A stretch of DNA of 64,000 nt from Squalus acanthias. Lineage: Eukaryota. Shown piece after piece: positions 37,532 through 49,800 of the stretch (positions within the stretch are counted from its first letter, which is position 1; every line of letters begins with the position of its first letter). Under the pieces are notes generated by a model. The model saw only the letters and a list, made by a program, of their open reading frames with translations. It was not told where the DNA came from and made no database searches. The stretch spans positions 1,488,001-1,552,000 of the forward strand of contig CM059449.1 in the NCBI GenBank assembly GCA_030390025.1. Direction: 5' to 3'. A program made the position numbers and the translations under genes.

Positions 37532-39688
37532 ATGGCGAGTACATCTTCGTCGGTGGCGGGGGCAGTGAGGACGTATGCGAGCGTGGCAGCCGCGGCCACG
37601 GCTGCAGCCACGAGTCCTCCTGTTACCCCGTCACCTTTTACCCTCCTTACGAGGAAGAATGGGGTCAAGAGCTACACTCACCCCAACATGACTATAGAGG
37701 CGTGCGTTAAAGCCATGGCTGGGGTTGTCGGCCCTTCAGCCATCGTCGCCGCCTCTAAAATGTACGGCAAGGCTGTGTTCTTCCTGGGGTCGGAGCGGGC
37801 GGTGTTCCTGGCCATCGAGAAGGGGCTCACCGTGGGCGGGACCTTCCTGCCGGTGGACCCCCTTGAGGCCACCGCGCAAAGGATTGTGGTTTCCAACGTC
37901 CCGCCCTTTGTTCCGGGTGAGCTCCTCCTCCCCCACCTACGTCAACTGGGGGAGGTGAGGTCGGGGATCACACCCATCCCGCTCGGCTTCCGGGAAGCCA
38001 GCCTTCGGCACGTCTTCTCCTTCCGGCGCCAGCTTTTCGTCCGGCTGGCGCGGGAGGAGGACGCGGATGGCGCGTTCACGGTGCTCCACGGGGGGACCGC
38101 CCACCGCGTCTTCTGGACCTCGGACGGCGTGCGGTGCTACGCCTGTAAGGAGGTGGGGCACGTCCGCAAAAACTGCCCCGCCTCCAAGGCCGCCACGACA
38201 CCTGGCGCGGCCGGGGTTGGCGCCGCCGCCCCCCCTCCCCCTGATACTGTCCGCGCGTCGACGGCGACGGATGCGCGGTCGAAATCGGAGGCCAACTCCA
38301 CCACGGCCTCCGGCGGGGAGGAGGGAGAGCGTCCGGGGGGAAGGAAGGCGCGTAGGAAAAACAAACACCTAAGGGCGGATCCCCTCGCGGAGGAAACATC
38401 AGAATTGACCGAACTCACGCCCGAGTACATGGCGGAGTTGGTCGGGACGCATGAGACTGGGGGGGTCCTCGTGCCCGGGCCCGTGACCGTGACCGCAACT
38501 GCTGAGGCAGTTGAATCAAGACCTGCGGCCGGGCTCGGGCCCGAGGGGCCCAAGAAACCCAGTCGTCGGAAGGGGGCAGAGAGGGAGGCCCCAGCAGACA
38601 TGGAGGCCTCCCCCTCTCCGGGCCCCAACTTGTTAAAAAGAAAGCTCCGCCCCCAGCAGGAGGACTGCGAGGAGGAAGGTCCCTCCGCAAAAGGGGGGCA
38701 GTCGCCCGCCGCGGGTGCTGCGCCCCACCCCACCACCGTCATCGTCGCGCGCGATCGGCAGGGGTCGTCTGTCCCTCGGGAGGGTGAGACAGCCGAGTCT
38801 GTCCGACCTGTGCCTCCCGGGGATGGGGAAGAGACCCTGCCCGTGGGGGGGGGCGCGGAACAACCCGCGGAGGGAAATGTAGTTACGGAACCGTTGCTCC
38901 TCGCCGGGTCGGGCGTCCTGGGGACTGGGGCGGGCGAGGCCAAAGAGGCTGAAGCCGAGCCCGCCTTTTATAACCCAGATATCTCCCAGGGACTGCTCGA
39001 CCTGGTGGAGGAGTGTAGCAATCCCCAGCCCGCTGGGTCGGAGGTTGGTGGCGGGGAGACGGAAAGCCCCCTGACTCCGTCTCTGTCGTTGGCGCCGGAC
39101 GTGCTGGAGGAATTTGGGATTATTTTCTCCCCGGTTTCTCCGGTCGCCCCGGCGCCTGAGGCGGGGGGGGGCCCCGAACCGCCGCCGCCGCCTCCCGGCC
39201 CGGCGCCCCTGAAGGAGCCCAGGGTGGACTCCTCTGCCACCGATCCTGGGGGTGGGATCGTGACGGAGGCGGGGCCGGCCGGTGCGGCCGAGCCGTTCGC
39301 TGCACCCTGTGTGACGGACGGGTTGGCCGCCGGTGACAACCTCCCGGAGGAGGACGGGGACTCGGTGGGGGGCTTCGAGGACGATTTGGAGTCCATCGGC
39401 AGCGAGGTGATGGACGCCCTCGTGCCCTTCACCGACTCTCCCCTCATCCCCGTAGGGGAACTCCGGGATTTTATGGCCGTGAGCCAGGGTCGTCACAAGA
39501 AGATCCGGCTGGCCCTCGACAAGTGGTCGGAGCTGGCGCTGCTCGTCGTGTCCGTCCGCGCCGCCGTTAAAATCATGGGCGCGGACAAGGACGTTGGCCG
39601 GCTCGAGCTGCGTCGGCTCAAGACGTTCCACACTGGGCTGCTGAGGGAGTGGCGGTCGTCAGTGACCGCCCTCCCTCCCCTCCGTTAG
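37532..39688 (+). CDS. Tx1 ORF1 (RNA-binding N-terminus, CCHC zinc knuckle, long Pro/Glu/Ala-rich region)
   Basis: ATG at 37532; VGPSAIVAASKM, SNVPPF, HVFSFRRQ, CYACKEVGHVRKNC. Confidence 0.9.
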   Translation: MASTSSSVAGAVRTYASVAAAATAAATSPPVTPSPFTLLTRKNGVKSYTHPNMTIEACVKAMAGVVGPSAIVAASKMYGKAVFFLGSERAVFLAIEKGLTVGGTFLPVDPLEATAQRIVVSNVPPFVPGELLLPHLRQLGEVRSGITPIPLGFREASLRHVFSFRRQLFVRLAREEDADGAFTVLHGGTAHRVFWTSDGVRCYACKEVGHVRKNCPASKAATTPGAAGVGAAAPPPPDTVRASTATDARSKSEANSTTASGGEEGERPGGRKARRKNKHLRADPLAEETSELTELTPEYMAELVGTHETGGVLVPGPVTVTATAEAVESRPAAGLGPEGPKKPSRRKGAEREAPADMEASPSPGPNLLKRKLRPQQEDCEEEGPSAKGGQSPAAGAAPHPTTVIVARDRQGSSVPREGETAESVRPVPPGDGEETLPVGGGAEQPAEGNVVTEPLLLAGSGVLGTGAGEAKEAEAEPAFYNPDISQGLLDLVEECSNPQPAGSEVGGGETESPLTPSLSLAPDVLEEFGIIFSPVSPVAPAPEAGGGPEPPPPPPGPAPLKEPRVDSSATDPGGGIVTEAGPAGAAEPFAAPCVTDGLAAGDNLPEEDGDSVGGFEDDLESIGSEVMDALVPFTDSPLIPVGELRDFMAVSQGRHKKIRLALDKWSELALLVVSVRAAVKIMGADKDVGRLELRRLKTFHTGLLREWRSSVTALPPLR

Positions 39689-39713
39689 GTAGAGGTTGCA
39701 CTATGCTTCTGAG

Positions 39714-42700
39714 ATGAAGATAACCATAGCCAGCCTCAACATCAACGGCAGCAGGGAGGCGCGCCGTAGATTCAATAACTTCTCGGTCCTTCGGGACGGG
39801 AAATATGCGGTGTGCTTCCTGCAAGAAACCCACACCGTTCCGGGAGACGAGGCCACGTGGCTCCTGGAGTGGCAAGGAGGGGTCAGCATGAGTCACCTCT
39901 CCAACAATTCCTGCGGGGTGGCTGTCTTGCTGGCCCCGCATTTTCAGCCGGAGATCTTGAGGGTCAAGGAGCACGTGCCGGGCCGCTTGCTCCAGGTCAC
40001 TGTTCGCCTGGGAGGCGTGCCGCTCCATTTAGTGAACGTGTACGCCCCCCGGACCGGTGCGCAGCAAGTGCGCTTCTTCGGAGAAGTGTCCGCTCTTCTG
40101 GGCTCCATCGACGTGGGCGAGTGCGTCATCCTCGGGGGGGATTTCAATTGTACCCTCGAGGCGCGGGACCGGTCGGGTCCCCCGCGAAGCCCGGCGGCGA
40201 TGGAGAAGTTGCGGGACCTGGTCGGGTCCTTCGACTTGGTGGACGTCTGGCGAAATCTCCATCCCGACTCCAGCGCCTTCACGAGCGTGAGGTCTGGAGG
40301 AGGAAGGTCCAGAATCGACCGCCTTTACATTTCCCGGGCGTACGTCTCCTGCGTTCCGGCGGCTTCCATGCGGCCGGTGCCGTGCACGGACCACCACCTG
40401 GTGTGGGCGGAGCTCGCTCCGCTGCGCGCGCGGGGGGGGTCCGCGTACTGGCATTTTAACAACCTGCTGCTGGAGGACGCGCGGTTCCGGGATTCGTTTC
40501 GCCGGTTCTGGGCCGACTGGAGAAGGAAGCGGGGAGGCTTCCCCTCCTTGAGGCTATGGTGGGACGTGGGCAAGGCTCACGTCCGCGTCTTCTGTCAGGA
40601 GTACGCGAAGGGGTCGACCAAGAGGCGGGAGGCCCGGGTCGGGCGATTGGAGAAAGAAGTGCTCGACCTGGAGTCCCGTCTCGGTCAGGTCGTCGAGGAC
40701 CCGGCCCTGCGGAAGGTGTACGAAGAGAAGAAGGGCGCGCTGAAGGACCTGCAGCTGGTCGGGTCCCGAGGCGCGTACGTGAGGTCGCGGATCCAGCTCC
40801 TGCGGGACCTGGACCGCGGCTCCCCCTTCTTCTACTCGCTGGAAAAAAGACGGGGGGTCCGTAAGCAGCTCTTGGGGCTGCTGGCCGACGACGGATCTCT
40901 GGTCTCGGATCCGGAGGGCATCAGCGCGGAGGCCCGGGCCTATTACGGGGCTCTGTTCTCTTCGGATCCGTCCAGCGAGGATGCGCGCAGAGTTTTGTGG
41001 GAGGACCTGCCGAAGGTCGGCCCGGAGGGCGCCGAGAATCTAGAAGCTCCGCTAAGCCTGGCGGAGCTGACCGGCGCCCTGCGCCAGCTCTCGAGGGGCA
41101 AGTCCCCGGGGCTGGACGGGCTGACCGTGGAGTTCCACAGGGCGTTCTGGGACGTCTTGGGGGACGACTACGCGCGGGTCCTGGGGGAAAGTCTGGCGAC
41201 CGGGGAGATGCCCCTCTCTTGGCGCAGGGCGGTCATCGTCCTGCTGCCCAAGAAGGGCGATCTCCGCCTACTTAAGAACTGGCGCCCGGTCTCCCTCCTC
41301 AGCACGGACTACAAAATTTTCGCCAGGGCTATGTCTGCTCGCCTTGGCACCGTGCTGGCCCGCATGATCCACCCCGACCAGTCCTACACGGTCCCGGGCC
41401 GGAGTATCCACGATAACATCCATCTGGTCCGGGACCTGGTCCACCATTCCCAGAGGGCTGGTCTGTCGGTCGCCTTCCTTTCCCTGGATCAGGAGAAGGC
41501 GTTCGACAGGGTGGATCACGAGTATCTTTTCGGGACTCTGCGCGCATTCGGGTTCGGGACGCATTTCGTCGCCCGGATCCGACTTCTGTACGCCGCCGCG
41601 GAGTGTCTGATTAAAGTTAACGGGTCTTTGACGGCGCCCCTTCGCTTCGGGAGGGGGGTGCGTCAGGGATGCCCCATGTCCGGTCAGTTATACGCCGTTT
41701 GCGTGGAGCCTTTCCTGCGCCTCTTGCGGAAGAGGTTGACGGGACTGGCTCTGCAAGGGCCGGGCGTGGAGGTGGTCCTCTCGGCTTACGCCGATGACGT
41801 GCTCCTCGCGGTCACGGATCCCGTCGACTTGCGGAGGATGCGAGAATGCCAGCAGATTTACTCGGACGCATCCTCCGCCAAGATCAACTGGGAGAAATGT
41901 TCTGGACTCCTGGTGGGCCCATGGCGGGTGGACTCCCTGCCGGAGGAGTTCGGGCCTTTCGCCTGGAGCACCACGCACCTCCTCTACTTGGGAGTCTACC
42001 TCAGCCCGGCCGAGGACGCCTGGCCGGCGAACTGGCAAGAGCTGGAGGCCAAAGTCACCGCTCGCCTAGGGCGCTGGACAGGACTGCTCCGAGTGTTGTC
42101 CTACAGGGGTCGAGCGCTGGTCATAAACCAGCTGGTGGCCGCCATGTTGTGGTACCGGTTGATCACTTTGATCCCTCCCCCTGCGTTTGTCGCCAAGATG
42201 CAGAAGAAGCTCGTCGACTTCTTCTGGGACAAAAGGAAGCACTGGGTCTCTGCCGCGGTTTTGAGTCTCCCGCTTAGGGAGGGCGGTCAGGCGCTGGTGT
42301 GCCTTCGCACCCAGGCGGCGACTTTCCGTCTTCAGACGCTGCAGAGATACCTGTACGTGGAGAATCCTCCTAGGTGGCGTGCGCTGGCGACGTATTTCTT
42401 CCGCCAGCTGCACGGCCTCAATTACGACACGCAGCTCCTGTTTGTGAGAGTGGGTGGCACGCGTGCCAGCCTGCGGGAGCTGCCTGTCTTCTACCAGGAA
42501 CTGCTATGGGTTTGGAACAGCGTCGCCTCCGAGCGCAGTTCTCCCCCGTCAGGAGCGGCGGCCGTCCTTCGGGAGCCGCTGTTCAGGAATCCGCACCTCC
42601 ACGACCGCGGGTTCGGCTGGCTGGCGGAGGGCAGGGCTGTGCCCGGTAAGGTGACCAGAGTCGGGGACCTGCTCGATGGCGGAGGAGCGGGCTGGATGGC

Positions 42701-43613
42701 GCCGGAGGAGTTGGCGAGGCGCATGTCTTGGGTCAACGTCCGGCTCGCGGTCAAAGCCATCGAGTCGCTAAAAGTGGCACTGGGCCCCGTCTCCACTAGG
42801 TGTGTCGAGGAGGCTCAAGCACGTGGGGCGATCCCGTCCGAACTGACCCCCGTTCGGACGGAATTCCTTATCGGCGCCCGGCCCCGAATCCTCCCTCGGG
42901 AGCCGCCGCCTCACCACTTGAGCCTTCTCGGAGAAATGCCCTCCGTGCCCTTTCAATCCGCACGGAGGCGTTTCCTGTACGGGCTGCTCCTGCACACTCT
43001 CCACTTTGCCATCTTCGTCTGCCGTCCGGACACGCCTTGGCGTACCATCCTGCCGTCCGGCGGAGGCGAAGGTCCCCATTGGAAGGCTCTCTACGCGGGA
43101 GTCTTCCCTTGTTCTATTGGGGACTTGGCCTGGAGGGTGTTGCACGGAGCAGTCCCGTGCAATAGGATTTTAAGTAGGTTTACGGACTCCCAGGCTGCTT
43201 GCCATTTCTGCGGCCTGGAGGAGTCCGTCTATCACATTTATGTTGAATGTGAGAGGTTGCAGCCCCTCTTTCATTATTTGAAGGGGCTGCTCCTCAATTT
43301 CTGGTTGCACTTCAGCCCCACGCTCCTGATCTACGGTCACCCGGTGCGGAGGGGAGCGGGTAGGTCGGAGGACCTCCTCGTAGGACTGCTCCTGGGCCTG
43401 GCCAAGAAAGCCATTAATTGGTCCAGGCAGCGGGCGGTCGAGGGGGTCGTTCGGCCCGATTGCCTGCCTCTCTTCCGCGGCCATGTTCGCGCCCGGGTGG
43501 CCCTGGAGATGGAGCACGCGGTGTCCGCCGGCACGCTTGAGTTTTTCCGCGACCGGTGGGCGCCGCGGGGACTGGAGTGCATCGTCACCCCGGACTTCCA
43601 AATTTTGATTTGA
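39714..43613 (+). CDS. Tx1 ORF2 (APE endonuclease, RT, C-terminal CCHC), uninterrupted
   Basis: SLNING, LQETH, GGDFN, SRIDR, TDH; KSPGLDG, NWRPVSLL, LDQEKAFD, GVRQGCPMS, AYADD; CHFCGLEESVYHIYVEC. Confidence 0.96.
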   Translation: MKITIASLNINGSREARRRFNNFSVLRDGKYAVCFLQETHTVPGDEATWLLEWQGGVSMSHLSNNSCGVAVLLAPHFQPEILRVKEHVPGRLLQVTVRLGGVPLHLVNVYAPRTGAQQVRFFGEVSALLGSIDVGECVILGGDFNCTLEARDRSGPPRSPAAMEKLRDLVGSFDLVDVWRNLHPDSSAFTSVRSGGGRSRIDRLYISRAYVSCVPAASMRPVPCTDHHLVWAELAPLRARGGSAYWHFNNLLLEDARFRDSFRRFWADWRRKRGGFPSLRLWWDVGKAHVRVFCQEYAKGSTKRREARVGRLEKEVLDLESRLGQVVEDPALRKVYEEKKGALKDLQLVGSRGAYVRSRIQLLRDLDRGSPFFYSLEKRRGVRKQLLGLLADDGSLVSDPEGISAEARAYYGALFSSDPSSEDARRVLWEDLPKVGPEGAENLEAPLSLAELTGALRQLSRGKSPGLDGLTVEFHRAFWDVLGDDYARVLGESLATGEMPLSWRRAVIVLLPKKGDLRLLKNWRPVSLLSTDYKIFARAMSARLGTVLARMIHPDQSYTVPGRSIHDNIHLVRDLVHHSQRAGLSVAFLSLDQEKAFDRVDHEYLFGTLRAFGFGTHFVARIRLLYAAAECLIKVNGSLTAPLRFGRGVRQGCPMSGQLYAVCVEPFLRLLRKRLTGLALQGPGVEVVLSAYADDVLLAVTDPVDLRRMRECQQIYSDASSAKINWEKCSGLLVGPWRVDSLPEEFGPFAWSTTHLLYLGVYLSPAEDAWPANWQELEAKVTARLGRWTGLLRVLSYRGRALVINQLVAAMLWYRLITLIPPPAFVAKMQKKLVDFFWDKRKHWVSAAVLSLPLREGGQALVCLRTQAATFRLQTLQRYLYVENPPRWRALATYFFRQLHGLNYDTQLLFVRVGGTRASLRELPVFYQELLWVWNSVASERSSPPSGAAAVLREPLFRNPHLHDRGFGWLAEGRAVPGKVTRVGDLLDGGGAGWMAPEELARRMSWVNVRLAVKAIESLKVALGPVSTRCVEEAQARGAIPSELTPVRTEFLIGARPRILPREPPPHHLSLLGEMPSVPFQSARRRFLYGLLLHTLHFAIFVCRPDTPWRTILPSGGGEGPHWKALYAGVFPCSIGDLAWRVLHGAVPCNRILSRFTDSQAACHFCGLEESVYHIYVECERLQPLFHYLKGLLLNFWLHFSPTLLIYGHPVRRGAGRSEDLLVGLLLGLAKKAINWSRQRAVEGVVRPDCLPLFRGHVRARVALEMEHAVSAGTLEFFRDRWAPRGLECIVTPDFQILI

Positions 43614-44711
43614 TTTGTTAAGTTTCATTTAAAGTTTTAATTGATTTACAGTAAATTTGTGTTTGTCCAACCAAAAAGATCAACACCAGGTTATAGTCCA
43701 ACAGCTTTATTTGAAATCACAAGCTTTCGGAGCTGCTGACGGAGGAGCAGCAGCAGCAGCAGAGTGGTGGTCTCTGTGAGCAGGAAGAGGAGAAGGAGAA
43801 GGAGCCCAGACAGCAGACCACCACCAACAACCAACAACCACAACTGAGGTGCCTGGAGAGGGAGGACAGGAGAGGAGAAAGAAAAGAAGGAAAGGAAGGC
43901 CAAGGCCATTAACAACAGAGGAGAGGCCTTTCCACACTGCCTCCTCAATTGGCCTCCATTTTAGGAGAGGGAGAGAGGGGAGAAAACACCAACAACAAAC
44001 ATCATCTGTTTGGAAGGAGGGAGGAAGGAAAGAACAGCTACAGGTGGGTGTTATTTCTGGGGCACTCTCCCAGAGACTTTGTTTTGTAGGTGGGGGGAGG
44101 AAAGAAGAAAAAGAAGAAGGCCGGAACATCCAAGGGGTGTGTGTGTGTGGCTTCTGTAAAAGCTAGGCCGCACACACCATATTAAACACCCCTTTCCCAT
44201 TGCCTGACCTGGGACAGCTGGAGCTGCCTAGGTGAAGGCCCCAATTAATTTAATCTTATTGGGCATTGTTAAGACCTGGTGCAGGACTGAGCCTGGGCAT
44301 CTCCAGCTATCCCAGGTGAAGACATCTTCTCCCCCCACCAGAAGACCACCACCAAAGACTTTTATTACATCGGAGAGTGCACCCCCCTGCCAACACCCAC
44401 CCACCCACCATCCTGAGTGGCGACACTGCCCTTGCGGCTTCCCTCCTTCCCACCCCCTCTCTCTCTCTCTTTGTCTCTTGTCTCTCTCTGCCTCTCTCTC
44501 TAAGAGGCACCTCAATCTATTTTTAATTAAGTACCCATTGAGCAGAGGGGAGAAGGCCCCTCTCCCAATTAATTCATATAAAGGGAGAGGTGTGCCTTCA
44601 ATCTAAGAGCTCCCTCTGCTCAGGGGAAAACTAAAACAAAAAAACCGAGGCCATTAACACCTTCAGGCCTGTGACTTGGGGTGAGTGTAGCCCTTAAAAG
44701 ACCCGTCCATT

Positions 44712-46853
44712 ATGGCAAGCACATCTTCGTCGGTGGCGGGGGCAGCGAGGACGTATGCGAGCGTGGCAGCGGCGGCCGCGGCCACGAGTCCTCCTGTTAC
44801 CCCGTCACCTTTTACCCTCCTTACGAGGAAGAATGGGGTCAAGAGCTACACTCACCCCAACATGACTATAGAGGCGTGTGTTAAAGCCATGGCTGGGGTT
44901 GTCGGCCCTTCAGCCATCGTCGCCGCCTCTAAAATGTAGGGCAAGGCTGTGTTCTTCCTGGGGTCGGTGCGGGCGGTGTCCCTGGCCATCGAGAAGGGGC
45001 TCACCGTGGGCGGGACCTTCCTGCCGGTGGACCCCCTTGAGGCCACCGCGCAAAGGATTGTGGTTTCCAACGTCCCGCCCTTTGTTCCGGGTGAGCTCCT
45101 CCTCCCCCACCTACGTCAACTGGGGGAGGTGAGGTCGGGGATCACACCCATCCCGCTCGGCTTCCGGGAAGCCAGCCTTCGGCACGTCTTCTCCTTCCGG
45201 CGCCAGCTTTTCATCCGGCTGGCGCGGGAGGAGGACGCGGATGGCGCGTTCACGGTGCTCCACGGGGGGACTGCCCACCGCGTCTTCTGGACCTCGGACG
45301 GCGTGCGGTGCTACGCCTGTAAGGAGGTGGGGCACGTCCGCAAAAACTGCCCCGCCTCCAAGGCCGCCACGACACCTGGCGCGGCCAGGGTTGGCGCCGC
45401 CGCCCCCCCTCCCCCTGATACTGTCCGCGCGTCGACGGCGACGGATGCGCGGTCGAAATCGGAGGCCAACACCACCACGGCCTCCGGCGGGGAGGAGGGA
45501 GAGCGTCCGGGGGGAAGGAAGGCGCGTAGGAAAAATAAACACCTAAGGGCGGATCCCCTCGCGGAGGAAACATCGGAGTTGACCGAACTCACGCCCGAGT
45601 ACATCGCGGAGTTGGTCGGGACGCATGAGACTGGGGGGGTCCTCATGCCCGGGGCCGTGACCGTGACCGCAACTGCTGAGGCAGCTAAATCAAGACCTGC
45701 GGCCGGGCTCGGGCCCGAGGGGCCCAAGAAACCCAGTCGTCGGAAGGGGGCAGAGAGGGAGGCCCCAGCAGTAATGGAGGCCTCCCCCTCTCCGGGCCCC
45801 AACTTGTTAAAAAGAAAGCTCCGCCCCCAGCAGGAGGACTGCGAGGAGGAAGGTCCCTCCGCAAAAGGGGGGCAGTCGCCCGCCGCGGGTGCTGCGCCCC
45901 ACCCCACCACCGTCATCGTCGCGCGCGATCGGCAGGGGTCGTCTGTCCCTCGGGAGGGTGAGACAGCCGAGTCTGTCCGACCTGTGCCTCCCGGGGATGG
46001 GGAAGAGACCCTGCCCGTGGGGGGGGGCGCGGAACAACCCGCGGAGGGAAATGTAGTTCCGGAACCGTTGCTCCTCGCCGGGTCGGGCGTCCTGGGGACT
46101 GGGGCGGGCGAGGCCAAAGAGGCTGAAGCCGAGCCCGCCTTTTATAACCCAGACATCTCCCAGGGACTGCTCGACCTAGTGGAGGAGTGTAGCAATCCCC
46201 AGCCCGCTGGGTCGGAGGTTGGTGGCGGGGAGACGGAAAGCCCCTTGACTCCGTCTCTGTTGTTGGCGCCGGACGTGCTGGAGGAATTTGGGATTATTTT
46301 CTCCCCGGTTTCTCCGGCGCCTGAGGCGGGTGGGGGCCCCGAACCGCCGCCGCCGCCTCCCGGCCCGGCGCCCCTGAAGGAGCCCAGGGTGGACTCCTCT
46401 GCCACCGATCCTGGGGGTGGGATCGTGACGGAGGCGGGGCCGGCCGGTGCGGCCGAGCCGTTCGCTGCACCCCGTGCGACGGACGGGTCGGCCGCCGGTG
46501 ACGACCTCCCGGAGGAGGACGGGGACTCGGTGGTGGGCATCGAGGACGATTTGGAGTCCATCGGCAGCGAGGTGATGGACGCCCTCGTGCCCTTCACCGA
46601 CTCTCCCCTCATCCCCGTAGGGGAACTCCGGGATTTTATGGCCGTGAGCCAGGGTCGTCACAAGAAGATCCGGCTGGCCCTCGACAAGTGGTCGGAGCTG
46701 GCGCTGCTCGTCGTGTCCGTCCGCGCCGCCGTTAAAATCATGGGCGCGGACAAGGACGTTGGCCGGCTCGAGCTGCGTCGGCTCAAGAGTTTCCACACTG
46801 GGCTGCTGAGGGAGTGGCGGTCGTCAGTGACCGCGCTCCCTCCCCTCCGTTAG
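44712..46853 (+). pseudogene. Tx1 copy 2 ORF1 with premature TAG
   Basis: TAC in copy 1 is TAG at 44937-44939. Confidence 0.9.
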
Positions 46854-46878
46854 GTAGAGGTTGCACTATGCTTCTGAG

Positions 46879-49800
46879 ATGAAGATAACCATAGCCAGCC
46901 TCAACATCAACGGCAGCAGGGAGGCGCGCCGTAGATTCAATAACTTCTCGGTCCTTCGGGACGGGAAATATGCGGTGTGCTTCCTGCAAGAAACCCACAC
47001 CGTTCCGGGAGACGAGGCCACGTGGCTCCTGGAGTGGCAAGGAGGGGTCAGCATGAGTCACCTCTCTAACAATTCCTGCGGGGTGGCTGTCTTGCTGGCC
47101 CCGCATTTTCAGCCGGAGATCTTGAGGGTCAAGGAGCACGTGCCGGGCCGCTTGCTCCAGGTCACTGTTCGCCTGGGAGGTGTGCCGCTCCATTTAGTGA
47201 ACGTGTACGCCCCCTGGACCGGTGCGCAGCAAGTGCGCTTCTTCGGAGAAGTGTCCGCTCTTCTGGGCTCCATCGACGTGGGCGAGTGCGTCATCCTCGG
47301 GGGGGATTTCAATTGTACCCTCGAGGCGCGGGACCGGTCGGGTCCCCCGCGAAGCCCGGCGACGATGGAGAAGTTGCGGGACCTGGTCGGGTCCTTCGAC
47401 TTGGTGGACGTCTGGCGAAATCTCCATCCCGACTCCAGCGCCTTCACGAGCGTGAGGTCTGGAGGAGGAAGGTCCGGAATCGACCGCCTTTACATTTCCC
47501 GGGCGTACGTCTCCTGCGTTCCGGCGGCTTCCATGCGGCCGGTGCCGTGCACGGACCACCACCTGGTGTGGGCGGAGCTCGCTCCGCTGCGCGCGCGGGG
47601 GGTGTCCGCGTACTGGCATTTTAACAACCTGCTGCTGGAGGACGCGCGGTTCCGGGATTCGTTTCGCCGGTTCTGGGCCGACTGGAGAAGGAAGCGGGGA
47701 GGCTTCCCCTCCTTGAGGCTATGGTGGGACGTGGGCAAGGCTCACGTCCGCGTCTTCTGTCAGGAGTACGCGAAGGGGTCGACCAAGAGGCGGGAGGCCC
47801 GGGTCGGGCGATTGGAGAAAGAAGTGCTCGACCTGGAGTCCCGTCTCGGTCAAGTCGTCGAGGACCCGGTCCTGCGGAAGGTGTACGAAGAGAAGAAGGG
47901 CGCGCTGAAGGACCTGCAGCTGGTCGGGTCCCGAGGCGCGTACGTGAGGTCGCGGATCCAGCTCCTGCGGGACCTGGACCGCGGCTCCCCCTTCTTCTAC
48001 TCGCTGGAAAAAAGACGGGGGGTCCGTAAGCAGCTCTTGGGGCTGCTGGCCGACGACGGATCTCTGGTCTCGGATCCGGAGGGCATCAGCGCGGAGGCCC
48101 GGGCCTATTACGGGGCTCTGTTCTCTTCGGATCCGTCCAGCGAGGATGCGCGCAGAGTTTTGTGGGAGGACCTGCCGAAGGTCGGCCCGGAGGGCGCCGA
48201 GAATTTAGAAGCTCCGCTAAGCCTGGCGGAGCTGACCGGCGCCCTGCGCCAGCTCTCGAGGGGCAAGTCCCCGGGGCTGGACGGGCTGACCGTGGAGTTC
48301 CACAGGGCGTTCTGGGACGTCTTGGGGGACGACTACGCGCGGGTCCTGGGGGAAAGTCTGGCGACCGGGGAGATGCCCCTCTCTTGGCGCAGGGCGGTCA
48401 TCGTCCTGCTGCCCAAGAAGGGCGATCTCTGCCTACTTAAGAACTGGTGCCCGGTCTCCCTCCTCAGCACGGACTACAAAATTTTCACCAGGGCTATGTC
48501 TGCTCGCCTTGGCACCGTGCTGGCCCGCATGATCCACCCCGACCAGTCCTACACGGTCCCGGGCCGGAGTATCCACGATAACATCCATCTGGTCCGGGAT
48601 CTGGTCCACCATTCCCAGAGGGCTGGTCTGTCGGTCGCCTTCCTTTCCCTAGATCAGGAGAAGGCGTTCGACAGGGTGGATCACGAGTATCTTTTCGGGA
48701 CTCTGCGCGCATTCGGGTTCGGGACGCATTTCGTCGCCCGGATCCGACTTCTGTACGCCGCCGCGGAGTGTCTCATGAAAGTTAACGGGTCTTTGACGGC
48801 GCCCCTTCGCTTCGGGAGGGGGGTGCGTCAGGGATGCCCCATGTCCGGTCAGTTATACGCCGTTTGCGTGGAGCCTTTCCTGCGCCTCTTGCGGAAGAGG
48901 TTGACGGGACTGGCTCTGCAAGGGCCGGGCGTGGAGGTGGTCCTCTCGGCTTACGCCGATGACGTGCTCCTCGCGGTCACGGATCCCGTCGACTTGCGGA
49001 GGATGTGAGAATGCCAGCAGATTTACTCGGACGCATCCTCCGCCAAGATCAACTGGGAGAAATGTTCTGGACTCCTGGTGGGCCCATGGCGGGTGGACTC
49101 CCTGCCGGAGGAGTTCGGGCCTTTCGCCTGGAGCACCACGCACCTCCTCTACCTGGGAGTCTACCTCAGCCCGGCCGAGGACGCCTGGCCGGCGAACTGG
49201 CAAGAGCTGGAGGCCAAAGTCACCGCTCGCCTAGGGCGCTGGACAGGACTGCTCCGAGTGTTGTCCTACAGGGGTCGAGCGCTGGTCATAAACCAGCTGG
49301 TGGCCGCCATGTTGTGGTACCGGTTGGTCACTTTGATCCCTCCCCCTGCGTTTGTCGCCAAGATGCAGAAGAAGCTCGTCGACTTCTTCTGGGACAAAAG
49401 GAAGCACTGGGTCTCTGCCGCGGTTTTGAGTCTCCCGCTTAGGGAGGGCGGTCAGGCGCTGGTGTGCCTTCGCACCCAGGCGGCGACTTTCCGTCTTCAG
49501 ACGCTGCAGAGATACCTGTACGTGGAGAATCCTCCTAGGTGGCGTGCGCTGGCGACGTATTTCTTCCGCCAGCTGCACGGCCTCAATTACGACACGCAGC
49601 TCCTGTTTGTGAGAGTGGGTGGCACGCGTGCCAGCCTGCGGGAGCTGCCTGTCTTCTACCAGGAACTGCTATGGGTTTGGAACAGCGTCGCCTCCGAGCG
49701 CAGTTCTCCCCCGTCAGGAGCGGCGGCCGTCCTTCGGGAGCCGCTGTTCAGGAATCCGCACCTCCACGACCGCGGGTTCGGCTGGCTGGCGGAGGGCAGG

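Larger units (their letters stand above)
36556..43680 (+). mobile_element. Full-length intact Tx1-clade (L1-group) non-LTR retrotransposon, copy 1
   Basis: ~975-bp 5' UTR, ORF1, ORF2, short AT-rich 3' UTR; flanked by a 53-bp direct repeat (36503-36555 and 43681-43733). Confidence 0.95.
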
